Assembly (NCBI GenBank): GCA_020636645.1
Contig: JACJXO010000002.1
Coordinates: 106,465-170,464 of the forward strand
Direction: 5' to 3'
Length of the DNA stretch: 64,000 nucleotides
Source of the DNA: Chitinophagales bacterium
GTDB lineage: Bacteria; Bacteroidota; Bacteroidia; Chitinophagales; BACL12
Shown: positions 53,798-63,842 of the stretch, piece by piece
Layout: each line of letters starts with the position of its first letter
Numbering within the stretch: the stretch's first letter is position 1
Translations under genes and position numbers: made by a program
The notes under the pieces: generated by a model
Seen by the model: the letters and a program-made list of their open reading frames with translations, nothing else
The model's database searches: none
What the model was told of the DNA's origin: nothing

Positions 53798-54457
53798 TCA
53801 GGGTTTGTTATAGCTGGTCATCATGCCGGTAAAGGCAAGTTTTCCTTTCTTATCGTAGATCTCTCTTTTTACAGTTCGCAGATCAGCATCTATCCAGTCT
53901 TTGTAGGTAAATTCCTGCAGGTCCAGGCTGACCGTATAGTTCAGCACAATGCAATCAAGTTCTCCCAGTGGTGTAGTGATGGTTTCCCGGTTACCGTATT
54001 TGCCATCGGTAATATTGATCTTGTTGGATATATAGCTTTTCTGCCCGAGGTTTTCCACGGTATAGGTGCTTACCTTGCGCACATCACCTACTGCATCGCC
54101 GGGATTGGGGCTGCACGGAAGGCTTATGTTAGTGGGTTTGTCACTCTTATAATCAGGGATCATTGTTTCTGCATTCACAAGATACAGATCGCCGGCAGTG
54201 ATGATGTTTCTGTTTCCCTTGTCTTCTTCTTTGCCTTTTTTATTAAGGGTCACATACCTGATGGCATACACCATACGCTCTTCTTCATCGTATATTTCAT
54301 CTACTTTATACTGATAGGTCTTGTACATGGCACCTTTGTCATCGTTCACCACGAACTCCCAGGTCACTCCTTCTGCATAGGTAGAAGCAATGATATCACA
54401 AGCCTGAGGTTGCGGGTTACAAAGCAATCCCATCATAAGTAAGAATGTTTGCAGCAT
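53798..54457 (-). CDS. Secreted hypothetical protein (paralog B)
   Basis: 219 aa with the same landmarks as paralog A: TTPLGELDC and EIYDKKGKLAFTGMMTSYNKP. Confidence 0.6.
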   Translation of the reverse strand: MLQTFLLMMGLLCNPQPQACDIIASTYAEGVTWEFVVNDDKGAMYKTYQYKVDEIYDEEERMVYAIRYVTLNKKGKEEDKGNRNIITAGDLYLVNAETMIPDYKSDKPTNISLPCSPNPGDAVGDVRKVSTYTVENLGQKSYISNKINITDGKYGNRETITTPLGELDCIVLNYTVSLDLQEFTYKDWIDADLRTVKREIYDKKGKLAFTGMMTSYNKP

Positions 54458-54482
54458 ACTGGTTGTTTGTTGTTAAAGGTAA

Positions 54483-57400
54483 TCAATTTCGGAGGTCCAG
54501 CCTGATCTTTTCCAGCAGTTTGCGGGCGTGTTCCATGCCATGAACCTGGTCCATGGCCAGGAGCAGGTGCCTGCTTGTCTGTTTCATATGCAGGGTAGCT
54601 TTCTGGCTGGCAATGTATTGCAGGAAGCGCTGAAAGAAAGCTGTTTCATAGTAAGCAGCATCCTGATTTTCGGGGAAATAGCAACGCAGTTTGCGCAGCT
54701 TGAAGATGATGCGTTCAAAACCAAGGTCTTTTGCCACCCAACGCAGCCTGATGGCCTGAAACAGTTCATCTACCTGCGGTGGTATCCTGCCAAAACGATC
54801 CTGCAGCTCCTGCCTGAATGCCTCCAGTTCCTGTTCGTTGCGCACATTGTCAAGACGGGTGTACATGGCCATGCGTTCGGCAATATTGTTGATATAATCA
54901 TCAGGTATCAGCATCTCCAGATCAGAATCGATCTGTACATCCTGAACAAAATCCATCTGTTCTTCTATTTCTTCCCTGAAGACCTCACGGAATTCATTTT
55001 GCTTGAGTTCGCGGATGGCTTCGTCCAGGATCTTGTGGTAAGTATCATACCCGATGTCTGTAATGAAGCCACTCTGTTCTGCGCCCAGCAGGTTGCCGGC
55101 ACCACGGATATCGAGATCACGCATGGCAATATGAAAACCGCTGCCCAGTTCTGCGAATTGTTCGATGGTGCGCAAACGCTTTTTGGAATCATCCGGCAGG
55201 GTGTATAAGGCCGGTGCTATCAGATAACAGTATGCTTTCCTGTTTGATCTGCCCACTCTGCCACGTAGCTGGTGCAGGTCGCTCAGACCGAAAAAATGGG
55301 CGTTGTTGATGATGATGGTATTGGCATTGGGAATGTCCAGTCCGCTTTCTACAATATTGGTACATACCAGCACATCATATTCTTTATCAATGAAGCGCAG
55401 CATGTGTTCTTCCAGTTCTTCGCCTTCCATTTGCCCATGTGCTACACCTACACTAACATCCGGACATACCTGACGTATCAGCCTGGCTATCTCTTCAATA
55501 TCACGCACACGATTGTGTATAAAATACACCTGTCCGTTGCGATAGATCTCAAAGTAGATGGCATCGCGGATGAACTCTGCATCGAAGGTCTTGAGTTCTG
55601 TGGTGACCGGTTGTCTGTTAGGTGGTGGTGTATTGATGATGCTGAGGTCGCGGGCACCCATCAGCGAGAACTGCAGGGTGCGGGGGATGGGAGTGGCGGT
55701 CAGCGTCAGCGTATCTACCTGAGCCTTCAGGTTGCGCAGTTTTTCTTTGGCAGCCACTCCGAATTTCTGTTCTTCATCCAGAATGAGCAGACCCAGTTCC
55801 TTGTACTGCACCGACTTCCCGATGATGGAATGGGTGCCGATGATGATATCAGTTCTTCCATCTTTCAATGCCTCCAGTGTGGCCTTTTTTTCTTTGGCAG
55901 ATTTGAAGCGATTGAGGTAATCAATGTTGCAGGGAAAATCTTTCAGTCGTTCAGAGAATGTGCGGTAGTGTTGTGAAGCAAGGATAGTGGTAGGTACAAG
56001 CACTGCTACCTGTTTGCCATCGGTCACTGCCTTGAATGCAGCACGTATGGCTATTTCCGTTTTGCCGAAGCCTACATCGCCGCACACGAGTCTGTCCATC
56101 GGATAAGATTTTTCCATATCCTTCTTTACATCAGCAGTGGCCTTTTCCTGATCGGGTGTGTCTTCATAAATGAAAGACGCTTCCAGTTCATTCTGGAGAT
56201 AACTATCGGCAGAAAATGCAAAACCTTTTGAGGCCCGGCGCTTGGCATACAGTGCTATCAGATCTTTGGCAATGTCTTTGACCTGCTTGCGTGTTTTCCG
56301 CTTCAGATTTTCCCACGCATCACTTCCCAGCTTGTTGAGTTTGGGTGGCGTGCCATCCTTCCCGCTGAACTTGCTGATCTTATGCAGGCTGTTGATGTTT
56401 ACATACAACAGATCTCCGTCTTTGTATTTTAACCTCACCGCTTCCTGTATCTTGCCACCCACATCCAGTTTTTCCAGGCCTGCATAAACGCCCACACCAT
56501 GATCGATGTGTGTAACATAATCTCCCGGCTGTAGCTGCAGCAGCTCTTTGATGCTGATGGCTTCTTTGCGGGCAAAGCCGCTGCGCACCTGCGATTTATG
56601 GAAACGTTCAAAGATCTGATGGTCTGTGTAGCAAAGCAGTTTGTTTTGCCTGTCAATAAAACCGCCGCTCAGGCTTCCCAGCAGAACCACATACGGAAAG
56701 GTGGCTTTCAGGTCGCCGAAGATCTGATAGAACCGTTCTGCCTGCCGGGCATGTGATACAAAGATGACGATATCGAGACCCTGCCGGTGATGGTCTTCCA
56801 GGTCTTTCAGCAACAGGTTGAAATTCTTGTTGAATACCGGTTGGGGTGTGGCATCGCTGTCTATAGAGATGGCATGCTGCAGATGACTGTGCAGACCAAA
56901 TTCCAGCAGAGGGAAGCGTTCTATGCCTTGCTGCCATTCATTGGCCGAAGCGATCAGGGCTTCCGGCGGATGGTGGGCAAACGGATGGTGATCTGCCAGA
57001 TGTTTCTGTTGCGCCATCAGGTCATACCAGGCAATGGCATCTTCGTGGTAACGGGCGAAGACCTCTCCGCAATAGGATGCATCGCGAAACCAGATGCAGG
57101 TATTTTCCGGCAGGCAATCGAATAAGGGCAACTTGACCGACTCTCCAAACTGGGTCTGGATGTTCGGTACAATGCTTACCTGTGCCACATTCTTCTGCGA
57201 TAATTGGCTGACCGGTTCAAAGGTTCGGATGGATTCTACTTCATCATCGAACAACTCCACCCGATATGGCAATTCATTTCCAAAGGAGAAAATATCAATG
57301 ATGCCGCCGCGAACGCTGTACTGCCCCGGTTCAAAGACAAAATCTGAACGTACAAAGCCGTTCTCCATCAGCACATCTACTATGAAATGTCCATCCAGTT

Positions 57401-57857
57401 TTTCACCTTTTTTGATCAGCAGGGTACTTCGTTCCAGCACTTCGGCACGAACTACTTTTTCCGGAATGGCTTCCGGATAGGTTACGATGATCTCACCCCG
57501 GGTATCTGAATGCAGAATGCGGTTGATCGTTTCCGTGCGCAACAACACATTGTTGGTGTCTGCTTCGTCAAAGGTGCCCGGCTTGCGAAATGAGTCAGGC
57601 AGAAACAGGATGTCTTTTCCCGGAAGCAGGGTGCGCAGGTCATCCAGTATATAACCGGCCTCTTCCTGATCATTCATGATGAGCAGGTGATGCCCACCCT
57701 TTTCCAGGTACACGGCTGTTGTCAGAAAGGAAAGTAATGAGCCGGGAATGCCCTTCAGATGCAGGTGTACCCTGGGGTCTTTCCTGATCTGTTCTACTAT
57801 ACCGGCTGTGCGCACATCATCCTGCCGGTAACGGTTAATGATCTCCTGCAGGTCCAT
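54483..57857 (-). CDS. mfd: Transcription-repair coupling factor Mfd
   Basis: 1124 aa. It has a UvrB-homology N-terminus, a CarD-like region (GDYVTHIDHGVG) and helicase motifs GDVGFGKTE and DEEQKFG. Confidence 0.92.
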   Translation of the reverse strand: MDLQEIINRYRQDDVRTAGIVEQIRKDPRVHLHLKGIPGSLLSFLTTAVYLEKGGHHLLIMNDQEEAGYILDDLRTLLPGKDILFLPDSFRKPGTFDEADTNNVLLRTETINRILHSDTRGEIIVTYPEAIPEKVVRAEVLERSTLLIKKGEKLDGHFIVDVLMENGFVRSDFVFEPGQYSVRGGIIDIFSFGNELPYRVELFDDEVESIRTFEPVSQLSQKNVAQVSIVPNIQTQFGESVKLPLFDCLPENTCIWFRDASYCGEVFARYHEDAIAWYDLMAQQKHLADHHPFAHHPPEALIASANEWQQGIERFPLLEFGLHSHLQHAISIDSDATPQPVFNKNFNLLLKDLEDHHRQGLDIVIFVSHARQAERFYQIFGDLKATFPYVVLLGSLSGGFIDRQNKLLCYTDHQIFERFHKSQVRSGFARKEAISIKELLQLQPGDYVTHIDHGVGVYAGLEKLDVGGKIQEAVRLKYKDGDLLYVNINSLHKISKFSGKDGTPPKLNKLGSDAWENLKRKTRKQVKDIAKDLIALYAKRRASKGFAFSADSYLQNELEASFIYEDTPDQEKATADVKKDMEKSYPMDRLVCGDVGFGKTEIAIRAAFKAVTDGKQVAVLVPTTILASQHYRTFSERLKDFPCNIDYLNRFKSAKEKKATLEALKDGRTDIIIGTHSIIGKSVQYKELGLLILDEEQKFGVAAKEKLRNLKAQVDTLTLTATPIPRTLQFSLMGARDLSIINTPPPNRQPVTTELKTFDAEFIRDAIYFEIYRNGQVYFIHNRVRDIEEIARLIRQVCPDVSVGVAHGQMEGEELEEHMLRFIDKEYDVLVCTNIVESGLDIPNANTIIINNAHFFGLSDLHQLRGRVGRSNRKAYCYLIAPALYTLPDDSKKRLRTIEQFAELGSGFHIAMRDLDIRGAGNLLGAEQSGFITDIGYDTYHKILDEAIRELKQNEFREVFREEIEEQMDFVQDVQIDSDLEMLIPDDYINNIAERMAMYTRLDNVRNEQELEAFRQELQDRFGRIPPQVDELFQAIRLRWVAKDLGFERIIFKLRKLRCYFPENQDAAYYETAFFQRFLQYIASQKATLHMKQTSRHLLLAMDQVHGMEHARKLLEKIRLDLRN

Positions 57858-57986
57858 GAAAGGACGGCAAAGGTACTTGGAATCCGGTTGTTTTTGGTGA
57901 CCTGTGTTTTATTTCAGTACAAGATTTTTGTCAACCCTTTGTTCTCACAATATTTCCTAAACTTGTAGAACACTAAAACCTGTGTA

Positions 57987-58718
57987 ATGGCCCTACTTCC
58001 CTGGCAGACTGCGGTGATCACCAGGGTCACCCAGGAGACTGCCAATACCCGGCGGTTCTTTTTTGAGATCAAGGACAGCGGCCCTTTTGTGTTCAGGCCA
58101 GGCCAGTTCGTTACCCTGGACCTTCCTATCCATGATAAGCAAAGCAAACGCATGCGCAGTTATTCTGTTGCATCCTGGCCTGATGGCAGCAATACGTTTG
58201 AACTGGTGATCGTGCTGATGGAAGGCGGTGCCGGAACCACCTATCTGTTCAAAGAAGGAAAACCCGGAATGGAAATTCCTTTTCGCGGGCCATTAGGGCA
58301 TTTCTGCCTGCCTGATACCCTTGAGCGTGATATCTGCATGATCTGCACCGGAACCGGTATTGCTCCGTTCCGCAGTCAGGTTCAGTACATCCGGCACGCT
58401 CAGGTACCCTGTAGAGACATCCATATCATATTTGGTACAAGAAAGATTGGCGACATACTCTACCGTTCAGAACTGGAACAGTTGTCAAGAGATATGCCTT
58501 GTTTGCACTACCATGTAGCCCTGAGCCGTGAAACTCCGGAATCATGGAACGGTCATATTGGATATGTACATGATATATATGAAAAAGTGTGTGAAAATGG
58601 ACAAAAGGATATGGATTTCTATCTGTGTGGCTGGAAGAATATGGTAGATGAAGCCAGAAACCGGCTGAAAGATATGGGGTATGATAAGGAACGCATCCAC
58701 CTGGAACTCTACGGTTGA
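57987..58718 (+). CDS. Ferredoxin-NADP-reductase-family FAD/NAD(P)-binding oxidoreductase
   Basis: RSYSVAS is an RxYS FAD motif and GTGIAPF marks NAD(P) binding. It is 243 aa. Confidence 0.75.
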   Translation: MALLPWQTAVITRVTQETANTRRFFFEIKDSGPFVFRPGQFVTLDLPIHDKQSKRMRSYSVASWPDGSNTFELVIVLMEGGAGTTYLFKEGKPGMEIPFRGPLGHFCLPDTLERDICMICTGTGIAPFRSQVQYIRHAQVPCRDIHIIFGTRKIGDILYRSELEQLSRDMPCLHYHVALSRETPESWNGHIGYVHDIYEKVCENGQKDMDFYLCGWKNMVDEARNRLKDMGYDKERIHLELYG

Positions 58719-60583
58719 TGTTTTTACCGGTTCTGCTGATACCATTGGCGGCCTGGGTCTGGAGCCGCCTTTTGATCTCCCGTGCTGATGGCATGGCAGG
58801 CACCTGGTCTCGTACTTTGATCCTGCTTTCGGGTTGGATGGTCTGTATCACAGAAGGACTTTCTGCCGGTTATGCTTTAGAACAGCAATGGCTGATGGTG
58901 GCCTGGGTGGCCTTTCTGTTGACCGGCATCCTGCTGCTGAAAGACCGGACCCTGCTGTGGACCTTCACACTGCCGGCAATAGGGAAACAGGAACGTTGGT
59001 TTGCCGGCTGGATCCTGCTTGTATTAATGCTTACTGGTGTGCTGGCCTGTGTGGCTTATCCTAATAACTGGGATAGCATGACCTATCACCTGACAAGGGT
59101 CGAGCACTGGATGCAAAGACAAACGGTCATCCACTATGCCACCAATAATGTACGCCAGGTGTCACAGCCTCCGCTGGCTGAGTACTGGATACTTCATATC
59201 CTGTCGCTTGGTGGTATAGACCGTTTGGCTAACCTGGTGCAATGGACTGCCTGGTTGATCAGTATGATCAGCATTTGGGGGATTCTTGGAGTGTGGGGCA
59301 TGAGCAGAAAGGTGCAATGGAGCGGAGTATTGCTGGCAGCCGCCCTGCCCATGGCCATCCTGCAAAGCACCAGTACACAGAATGACCTGCTGGCAGCAGC
59401 CATGATGCTGCAAAGTGTTTACTGGGCCTTTCGTGTACGAAACGGAAACAGACAGGCGGTCTGGTGGATGCTGACGGCATTCAGCCTGGCTGTGTTCACC
59501 AAAGGCAGCAACTATATCTACCTGTTACCGGTATTGCCTTTTGCGGCCATCTGGGTGCTCCGGCAATTTGGCTGGTCCTGCTGGAAACCGGCCTTGTTCG
59601 GTCTTGCGGTGTTGTTGGTTTTTAATGGCCCGCACTGGGTGCGTAACCACGATACATTTGGCCGATGGACAGGCAGTGACAAGACCCTGGTAAATGACAG
59701 CCATGATCCTAATCAGATGCTGGCAGTTTTTCTTCAGAACCTCGCCATGGAATGTCAGACCCCGATATCCGGATGGAACAGGGCACTTACCAATGCTGTA
59801 ATGGAAATAGAAAAAGGAACGGGTGTGCTGCCGGGTGAACCCACCATCAACTGGGCCCCAAGCCCTTCCTTTTCAGTAGGCATGTCTTCTCTGCATGAAG
59901 ACTATACCGGAAACCTGCTGATGGTCATATTGTCTATTGTCTCCCTATTCATATTAGCGGGAAGATACCGGAAACACCCTGCTGTCATACTGGCTTTGAT
60001 GGTAGTATCTATGGCAGTTCTTTTTAGCTTATTGCTGAAGTGGCAGGTCTGGCACAACCGCCTGCACCTGCCCATGCTGTTATTGTTCATACCGGCAGTG
60101 GCAGTGGCTTTGCAATACCTTTATCAACATGTACGAACCGGAATTCTGATCGTGGTGGCAGCAGCTTCCATACCGTGGCTTGTTTTTAACCAGAGCAGAC
60201 CCATGGTAGGTAAGGAAAGTGTTTTCCGCCATTACGACTATTATCAGTATTTCTTTAACCAGCCGGAATTACTACGCACCTTTTTGCAGCTGGCAGCGGT
60301 AGCAGACCGCAACCAGGTGGAGAAATTGGGATGGGCCACTTCCGGCGATGCATGGGAATATCCGATGTGGCGTATCCTGCAAGACCAGGAGCCGGAAATG
60401 CGACATGTTCTGGTAGGCAATGAGACCAGGGTCTTTGAAAGAAGTGCCTGGCAACCGGAAGGTATCGTTTCCAACCGTGCCGGGCTGGTGGCACTGCCCA
60501 GATTACAATGCCATGGAAGAAATTATTACCGGACCTATACAGACGGGCAATGGGCCTTTTTTCTGCCGGAACCTAATCTCTGA
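58718..60583 (+). CDS. Large polytopic membrane protein, GT-C (ArnT/PMT_2)-like glycosyltransferase candidate
   Basis: About 621 aa with 12 or more TM segments and an extracytoplasmic loop YPNNWDSMTYHLTRVEHW. Its ATG overlaps the upstream TGA (TGATG). Confidence 0.45.
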   Translation: MFLPVLLIPLAAWVWSRLLISRADGMAGTWSRTLILLSGWMVCITEGLSAGYALEQQWLMVAWVAFLLTGILLLKDRTLLWTFTLPAIGKQERWFAGWILLVLMLTGVLACVAYPNNWDSMTYHLTRVEHWMQRQTVIHYATNNVRQVSQPPLAEYWILHILSLGGIDRLANLVQWTAWLISMISIWGILGVWGMSRKVQWSGVLLAAALPMAILQSTSTQNDLLAAAMMLQSVYWAFRVRNGNRQAVWWMLTAFSLAVFTKGSNYIYLLPVLPFAAIWVLRQFGWSCWKPALFGLAVLLVFNGPHWVRNHDTFGRWTGSDKTLVNDSHDPNQMLAVFLQNLAMECQTPISGWNRALTNAVMEIEKGTGVLPGEPTINWAPSPSFSVGMSSLHEDYTGNLLMVILSIVSLFILAGRYRKHPAVILALMVVSMAVLFSLLLKWQVWHNRLHLPMLLLFIPAVAVALQYLYQHVRTGILIVVAAASIPWLVFNQSRPMVGKESVFRHYDYYQYFFNQPELLRTFLQLAAVADRNQVEKLGWATSGDAWEYPMWRILQDQEPEMRHVLVGNETRVFERSAWQPEGIVSNRAGLVALPRLQCHGRNYYRTYTDGQWAFFLPEPNL

Positions 60584-61280
60584 GTACTTCTTCCAGGATG
60601 TCAGGCGAATGCATCTTACCGAATCCGCTCAGGTGCAATTGGTAATAGATGATCAGATAGTGCAACAGTGACCGACGGGTGTTGACAGTTGGCCGGAATT
60701 GAATATCATCTGACAATAGTGAACGAAAAGCCGATGACAATTCAGCTTCCATATAGTGAGTATGCCGTGGTATGGAATCACTGAAATGACCCTCCAGCAT
60801 ATCAAAAAAATGTCCGGGTCCCGAATGGGGCTCAAAGCCCAGATAGCGGCTCATGATCAGCATATACCTGTGCGGATACAACGACAACTGACCTCCGGGC
60901 CGGTCCAGCTGCAGAAAAGCCTGCCAGCAGAATCTGAATAGCTCTTCATTAGCTTCTGTTTCAGAAATGGCCCTGGTCATCAGTTCCACCAGAAACAACA
61001 TGATGGAGCTGCGAACGATGTCAAATGGTGCAAGCGTATAGGCGTGTGCAATGGATGCTTCACTGACCCGGAATATATCGCCGGTCTCTTTGTGATATAC
61101 CACCATATCCAGCAGATTACCATGCTGGTATAAGGCACTCTTACCTTTGGAACGGGCTGATCTGACTCCGTTGATGATATATGTTTGCCGCCCGAATTTT
61201 TCTGTATAAACAAGAACAACCACGCTGCTTTCACTGTAGGGTGTGGTTCGCAGTACAATGCCTTTGGTATGGTGCAGCAT
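60573..61280 (-). CDS. recO: DNA repair protein RecO
   Basis: The N-terminal OB fold reads TKGIVLRTTPYSESSVVVLVYTEKFGRQTY. It is 235 aa. Confidence 0.85.
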   Translation of the reverse strand: MLHHTKGIVLRTTPYSESSVVVLVYTEKFGRQTYIINGVRSARSKGKSALYQHGNLLDMVVYHKETGDIFRVSEASIAHAYTLAPFDIVRSSIMLFLVELMTRAISETEANEELFRFCWQAFLQLDRPGGQLSLYPHRYMLIMSRYLGFEPHSGPGHFFDMLEGHFSDSIPRHTHYMEAELSSAFRSLLSDDIQFRPTVNTRRSLLHYLIIYYQLHLSGFGKMHSPDILEEVLRD

Positions 61281-61353
61281 GATACAAACTTACTGGAAAT
61301 CAGTTCGGAATGCGCTGACTAAAAGAGGTGAAAAACAGGAACAGGTTCTGTAC

Positions 61354-63717
61354 TTAGCGCAACAGTACGATCCTGGTCACAACGGTTTCTTTCCCGGTAT
61401 CATCGGCACTGTAAACCATATAGACACCGGTAGCGGCATCCTGACCATTATATCCCTTTCCGTTCCAGATGGCCTGCCCTCCTAATGCAATAGTTTCATA
61501 TATGAGTCTTCCGCCTGTATCAGTAATCTTGACCTGGGCGTTATTGACCAGTCCGCTGATGGCAATTGGCCCGTTGTGTTCGGGCCTGACAGGATTGGGA
61601 AAAACCTTGACATTACCCTGTTCAGCAAGTCCCTGCGTAGCAGTACCCCTGTAGGATACGATGCCTTTGTCGGTGCCGAAATATACTTCGCCGGTCACTC
61701 CATCTATGGCGATACTCAGTACTACATTGCTTAACAGCGGGCTGTTATCCTGATTAAAAAACAACAGCTGTTCTGTGCCGTCTGCTGAAATGAGAAACAC
61801 ACCGCTGTTGGTGCCTATCCATTTTCTGTTGGCGCCATCCACCGTGATGCAGTTGACGATCTCTTTACTGAGCAGATATTCGTTGTAACCACCCAGATTG
61901 ACCAGAGGTTGTGCAGCATCTGCAATGGTACCGCCATCCATCACAGAAGCAGGATTATAAAAAATGGATACTCCTTCATTGGTACCTGCCCAGATCTCTC
62001 CGTCCAGATCTTTGACCAGACAGTTCACATAGGCAACAGGCAGGTTTCCGTTACCTGCGCCAACACCGAGCACACGTGACATATCATCTGCGGTATTATC
62101 TATGTCAGCACCGTGGTCAAACACCAGAATACCATTACCTCTTGGCAACTGTACCCATTTCTGGTTGAAGTCATCCAGTATGATCTGTCCTACCTGTTCA
62201 CCAGTTTCCAGGGGCAGGTTACAATCAAAGTGCATCCAGGATCCATCGGCTTTACGCACTACCAGCGGGTTGCTGGCAGCATAGTTGGAAACCCATAGGT
62301 TGCCTTCTGTGTCAAAGATCATTCCACCAATACGGCAGCTGCCGGGATCTGCTGCTCCCAGGTCCTGCAAACCCATATCGCCGGTATTGGTCTGATCATA
62401 CCGGGTCAGCATACCTGTAGCTTTATCAAAGGAGAACACACCACTGCCAAATGAACCCAGCCAGGCAATACCAGTGGCTGCATCCAAGGTCATGGTGATA
62501 AAATCAAACACATCCGTCAGTGCCGGCAGGTCATACTGATTATAATTATTCCAGAATCCATAGTCCAGCACAAAGAAGCCGTCGCGGTTGTATGTATAGT
62601 TCCAGGAAGCATTGATGGAGCCCGGAGCCACCCATAGCCGGCCGTCGTAATATTCCATTTCAGCCACACTGGAAGATCCGGGTCCGTTTGGCAGGTAGCT
62701 CCGGTATTCATCGTTGCTGATCTCTGTAAGCAGCCCGAAACCATCGGCTACCCAGTAAGCTCCATCGGCATCTCTAATAAAATCATTGGGAGCTGTGAAC
62801 CGACCCTCAGTGTTAAGCTCAGAAACGGATCCGTCGTCAGCAATATCTACCATGCGGTAATCTTCCGGAATCTCCTCATCGCCCTGAATCAGCAGGACCT
62901 GTAATCCGTTTCCGGCAGATCTGCATGTGCGCACCTGCCAGTCTGCTTCTGCATAGTACAAAGACCAGTCGGTGCCGTCAAACAGATAAATGTCTTCGTC
63001 ATTGATGGTTACCGTTACCTGATCATTCCAGGGGGTCAGCCAGCCGGCAGAACCGGTAGGAAGAGTCGTGCCACTCAGGAGGGTCCACCTGGAAAAGTCT
63101 TCCAGCAGCGGTTCATCTTTGCCCGCCACGTATAACCCCACATCGGTTGCTGCAAATATCTGATCATCCTGTGTAAGTACTGACCGCACGTTGATATAAG
63201 CACCATCGGCGTCTGTAAAGAACCATGTTGCAGGGCTTTCTTTTTCTGAGATCTGGTACACCACGATGCCGAAACCAGTAGCGATGAAAGCAGTATCGCC
63301 GGAAAACTGCACCTGATTGATGGATTTGTTGCCGCTGATGCCTGCTGTTCTGATGTAGGGGAAATTGACCAGTTCGCCATCAATGATGAAGTCCATGTTG
63401 CTGTTCAGATAGCTGATGGCTACTGTACCTGTCTCCTTTCCGTAGTAAACCCCGATGGCGTTGATATCATCCAGTCCGTTGGCCTTGTGCAGTCGTTCCA
63501 GACTGTTGTCCTGGAGGTTGAGGTTAAAGACACTGAGACCGGTTGCAGCATAGACCTTTTGACCGGCCAGTGCGATCACATCAGGGCCCCCGTAAGGCAG
63601 ATAGGCTTTCCAGGATCCGATGGCTACCGGAGGCTCCTGTGTCTGTGCTTTCAGCAATGTGGCAGCTACCAGGAAAAAGAGAAAGAAGAACGTACGCTTC
63701 AGCAACATGTGGTACAA
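61354..63717 (-). CDS. Double beta-propeller protein with T9SS CTD (PorZ-like)
   Basis: 787 aa with a signal peptide. It has reg_propeller-type repeats (DGEIWAGTNEGVSIF, NRKWIGTNSGVFLI, GEVYFGTDKGIVSY). The CTD reads VKVFPNPVRPEHNGPIAISGL...GVYMVYS. Confidence 0.55.
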   Translation of the reverse strand: MYHMLLKRTFFFLFFLVAATLLKAQTQEPPVAIGSWKAYLPYGGPDVIALAGQKVYAATGLSVFNLNLQDNSLERLHKANGLDDINAIGVYYGKETGTVAISYLNSNMDFIIDGELVNFPYIRTAGISGNKSINQVQFSGDTAFIATGFGIVVYQISEKESPATWFFTDADGAYINVRSVLTQDDQIFAATDVGLYVAGKDEPLLEDFSRWTLLSGTTLPTGSAGWLTPWNDQVTVTINDEDIYLFDGTDWSLYYAEADWQVRTCRSAGNGLQVLLIQGDEEIPEDYRMVDIADDGSVSELNTEGRFTAPNDFIRDADGAYWVADGFGLLTEISNDEYRSYLPNGPGSSSVAEMEYYDGRLWVAPGSINASWNYTYNRDGFFVLDYGFWNNYNQYDLPALTDVFDFITMTLDAATGIAWLGSFGSGVFSFDKATGMLTRYDQTNTGDMGLQDLGAADPGSCRIGGMIFDTEGNLWVSNYAASNPLVVRKADGSWMHFDCNLPLETGEQVGQIILDDFNQKWVQLPRGNGILVFDHGADIDNTADDMSRVLGVGAGNGNLPVAYVNCLVKDLDGEIWAGTNEGVSIFYNPASVMDGGTIADAAQPLVNLGGYNEYLLSKEIVNCITVDGANRKWIGTNSGVFLISADGTEQLLFFNQDNSPLLSNVVLSIAIDGVTGEVYFGTDKGIVSYRGTATQGLAEQGNVKVFPNPVRPEHNGPIAISGLVNNAQVKITDTGGRLIYETIALGGQAIWNGKGYNGQDAATGVYMVYSADDTGKETVVTRIVLLR

Positions 63718-63842
63718 AGTTCAGAAATCGGCAGGATAACGGGTTTTTTCAGGGCATATTTTGCAGTTTTTTGTCAGCTTTCCTGTCTTTGAACGAAGGC
63801 TCAGGCCCTTACTTTTCGTATCTTTGCACCTATTTTTCAGCC

